Origin: an uncultured delta proteobacterium
Lineage (GTDB): Bacteria; Desulfobacterota; Desulfobacteria; Desulfobacterales; QNYZ01
Length of the DNA stretch: 64,000 nucleotides
Assembly: GCA_963845145.1 (NCBI GenBank)
Contig: CAWJQU010000001.1
Span: 320,001 to 384,000 of the forward strand
Direction: 5' to 3'
The translations under genes were made by a program, and so were the position numbers. The notes under the pieces are model-generated. The model was not told the DNA's origin. It did not search any database and saw nothing but the letters and a program-made list of their open reading frames with translations. Below, one piece after another: positions 61,635-64,000 of this stretch (the stretch's first letter is position 1; each line of letters starts with the position of its first letter).

Positions 61635-63269
61635 CTATTTACCCTTACTTTTCGGCCCACCGCCACGAAGGTTGGCACCAGCGCCCCTGACCGATGCTGT
61701 CTGGGATTTGAAACCGCCGCTTTTTGCAAAATTGGTGTTTTGAAATTTTGGCGATTGTTTCACGAAGGTACCGGAAGTTCCATACTTCGGAAATCCGTTT
61801 TGGGTTTTGCCAAAATAGGGTCGGTTATTCCGGTAATTATTGTTCCAGCCATTCCAGGAATTATATCCAAAATAGGATGGCCGAGAATTGAAGAACATCG
61901 AAAATAATGCATATTTTCCGTACCAGGACCAGAACTGGTTTCCTGTATTATCTTTTTTCCACTCTCCATATTTTGAATTGCCCACATAGGCCATACCCGG
62001 TGGCGCCGCCTGGACCAGACGATCTTGCTCAAACACACCATACGGCTTGGCCAGGATGGCCATCCCTAAATATTCAAAATTGGCATCATAAAAGCCGGCA
62101 TCCACCAGCTCCCAATCGGTCTCCCTGGTTTCACCGTTTTCTTCGAGCATATATTTATGGAAATAGGCCTCCTTTGAATCTTCCACCCAGAAAGAAGCGG
62201 CATTGTGACCTCTTCCCGGCCATTGTTCAGAGGGGTTAATGGATAATTCTTTCCACTTGTTACCGATATTGCTTGAAAATTTTGATCCTCTAAATCCAGC
62301 CTTAATTGCGGCAATTATATCTATATTGTCCGCGCTTAACGCCTCATACAACTCAGGGCTGACCTCTCGCTGAAAAGTAACCATCCTTGGATCGTAATAA
62401 TCAGAGTTTTCGTTCCAGGACTCCCTTTTTATGGTCACATAATATTCCTCTTTCATGTCCTTAAGAATCTTGGTGTAACTGGAATAGAGTTGGGCCATTT
62501 CTTTGGTGAATTTTGTTTCAAGGGTTTTGGCCTGTTCAAGGCCTGAAGTCAGCGCTTCGGTACTGTCCGTAAAAGCCGCATAGTCTGCAGTCGATCCTGC
62601 GGTATGTCTTTGATATTCAGCTGTCACAACATCTAGATGATTCAAGGATTGTCCTTCAAGTTGTGACAATGGTGCAAACCGAGTGTTGATTTTTTCGGTT
62701 AAATCCGGAAAGTCAGCCAGGGCTTTTTCCATGGGTCCGGTTTTGATTTCATTTACAATCCGGCGGATCTGTTTGAGGTTATCCTTTGACCGGGAATTTA
62801 AACTGTCGGCAGTTTGAATGGCCTTCTTGATTTTTGAAAATCTTGAGAACGGATATCGGGATAACGCCTCCGCATCTTGGATAACCTTTTTGAGCCTGGT
62901 AATCTGTTGTTTGACCTGGGGGGCAAGTTCGGGTTTATTTTTGCTGATCAGGGGTTTTAAGTCGTTGCCATACAGTTCCTTTGCCCGTGAAAGTTCGGTA
63001 TGGGCAAGTTGAAATTTTTGATTCCAGTTTTCTTTTAGGGCAAATGGCTCAACATCCTTAAATTCAGATGATTTTGTAAGGCTTTTGTATTTTTCCTTAT
63101 GCTTATCTACCTGGGATTTGCCTGTTTTAATGGCGTTGGGTATGGCCTTTGCTTCATTTCTCATCTCTTTGGGAAGCCCACCACCACAATTTGACAGTAT
63201 GACAACCAGGCCTGCAATGGTCAATCCTGCGATGAAGTTCATAAAGAGATGTTTTCTTTTATGAACCAT
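61635..63269 (-). CDS. Large hypothetical lipoprotein with a helical N-domain and an aromatic/Gly-rich C-terminal tail
   Basis: Lipobox ILSN-C; PPG..YVGN..YG.W......FW.WYG.Y motif; ends SVRGAGANLRGGGPKSKGK. Confidence 0.8.
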   Translation of the reverse strand: MVHKRKHLFMNFIAGLTIAGLVVILSNCGGGLPKEMRNEAKAIPNAIKTGKSQVDKHKEKYKSLTKSSEFKDVEPFALKENWNQKFQLAHTELSRAKELYGNDLKPLISKNKPELAPQVKQQITRLKKVIQDAEALSRYPFSRFSKIKKAIQTADSLNSRSKDNLKQIRRIVNEIKTGPMEKALADFPDLTEKINTRFAPLSQLEGQSLNHLDVVTAEYQRHTAGSTADYAAFTDSTEALTSGLEQAKTLETKFTKEMAQLYSSYTKILKDMKEEYYVTIKRESWNENSDYYDPRMVTFQREVSPELYEALSADNIDIIAAIKAGFRGSKFSSNIGNKWKELSINPSEQWPGRGHNAASFWVEDSKEAYFHKYMLEENGETRETDWELVDAGFYDANFEYLGMAILAKPYGVFEQDRLVQAAPPGMAYVGNSKYGEWKKDNTGNQFWSWYGKYALFSMFFNSRPSYFGYNSWNGWNNNYRNNRPYFGKTQNGFPKYGTSGTFVKQSPKFQNTNFAKSGGFKSQTASVRGAGANLRGGGPKSKGK

Positions 63270-63271
63270 CC

Positions 63272-63904
63272 TTATCGGCCTCCTTTACTGATGAGGGTGA
63301 TACTCTTCGGATCAACAGGGCTTGAGGTATAAATTTGGTACTCATCCTTGCCTGATCCGGACCACTCCTCAATGGTGAGGAACTTGGTATGATTTTCATT
63401 TTCAAATTCATACATATAGACCTTTTCTTCCCTGGTCTTCCGATAATAAACCGACGCCCAGTCATCTTCGTACCAGAATTTTTCGCCATTAATCACAACG
63501 ACATCCTTGTCATCAACAATCTGGTCGAGATCATCTTCGTCAATGGGCTCACCGGCATCATCCGTTAAATTTCTGAATGAAAGGCGATCTAAGGTTATGG
63601 AAACTTCAAGTTCATCATCAAATTCCCATTCAAAATTAAATACTTGTCCGGTTTCAAGGCAAAGACAGGTCAGTTCATAAATAAAATACCCTTTTTTGGT
63701 TTTAAAATCATCTGAGGTTTCTTCATATTTATTAAGGTCTTTAACAAAGTAGGTATTGCCAAGATAATCAAAAAACGAATGGCCACCGGCATCTTTTATG
63801 CTCAGCAAAGCCTTTTCCTGTCCGGAAACAAGATTTTCTTTTTTAAGCGTTCTTATGGTGCTTAGTCTTTCCTGGAAAGATTTCTGTGTTGCAATATCAA
63901 GCAT
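63272..63904 (-). CDS. DUF4178-like acidic protein
   Basis: GGAGG RBS; aromatic/acidic beta-rich pattern (FEWEFDD, Y.YEF, L.IEEW); sits beside DUF350 and speE. Confidence 0.68.
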   Translation of the reverse strand: MLDIATQKSFQERLSTIRTLKKENLVSGQEKALLSIKDAGGHSFFDYLGNTYFVKDLNKYEETSDDFKTKKGYFIYELTCLCLETGQVFNFEWEFDDELEVSITLDRLSFRNLTDDAGEPIDEDDLDQIVDDKDVVVINGEKFWYEDDWASVYYRKTREEKVYMYEFENENHTKFLTIEEWSGSGKDEYQIYTSSPVDPKSITLISKGGR

Positions 63905-63917
63905 GGAAGGCCTCCAA

Positions 63918-63949
63918 TTTTAAAACGTTCGGGTTTTAAAACGTTCGGG
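63918..63949. repeat. Exact 16-bp tandem duplication
   Basis: TTTTAAAACGTTCGGG twice. Confidence 0.85.
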
Positions 63950-63950
63950 C

Positions 63951-63998
63951 TTATGCGTCCGCACGTCTTGCAGTTAATGCATCGGTTCTTGCTCGAAA
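63951..63998 (-). CDS. 3' end of an upstream gene entering the window
   Basis: Open frame ...FRARTDALTARRADA* ending just before the DUF4178-like gene; too short to identify. Confidence 0.35.
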   Translation of the reverse strand, partial: FRARTDALTARRADA

Positions 63999-64000
63999 CC

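Overview
This window comes from an anaerobic deltaproteobacterium, most consistent with a Desulfobacterales-type complete-oxidising sulfate reducer (inferred from gene content, not from a marker gene). Left part: the 5' part of a chromate transporter; four uncharacterised genes, three predicted exported; a Wood-Ljungdahl carbonyl-branch cluster (acsD-cooS-acsB-acsC-acsE) preceded by a RACo corrinoid activator and a CoA-transferase/GNAT fusion; a TRAP transporter; an ABC-F ATPase; and an Rrf2-DUF4492-cydAB operon ending in an unannotated 30-aa membrane peptide. Middle part: an AT-rich islet in which a 7TM-DISM kinase and a sigma54 activator sit upstream of a sigma54 promoter and an array of outer-membrane and lipoprotein genes. 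Next is a minus-strand redox cluster: tetraheme cytochrome c, NrfC-like and NrfD-like subunits, an octaheme HAO-family cytochrome of the reductive type, a cysteine desulfurase, SQR and DUF1641. It lies beside ModE, an OmpR-type regulator and a c-heme sensor kinase. Right part: a MITE, FmdE and molybdopterin-binding genes with a ModE-like box, a peroxiredoxin, cysEK, a Liv-type ABC transporter with an acyl-CoA ligase, and a DUF4178-lipoprotein-DUF350-membrane spermidine synthase module. Single-base frameshifts cluster in the acs and cyd genes and are most likely assembly indels. The best candidate for an undescribed system is the heme-sensor-linked epsilonHao/NrfCD/SQR module. Next are the apparently catalytically dead CoA-transferase-GNAT fusion and the sigma54-driven envelope protein array. 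All family assignments come from motif recognition by eye; no searches were run.
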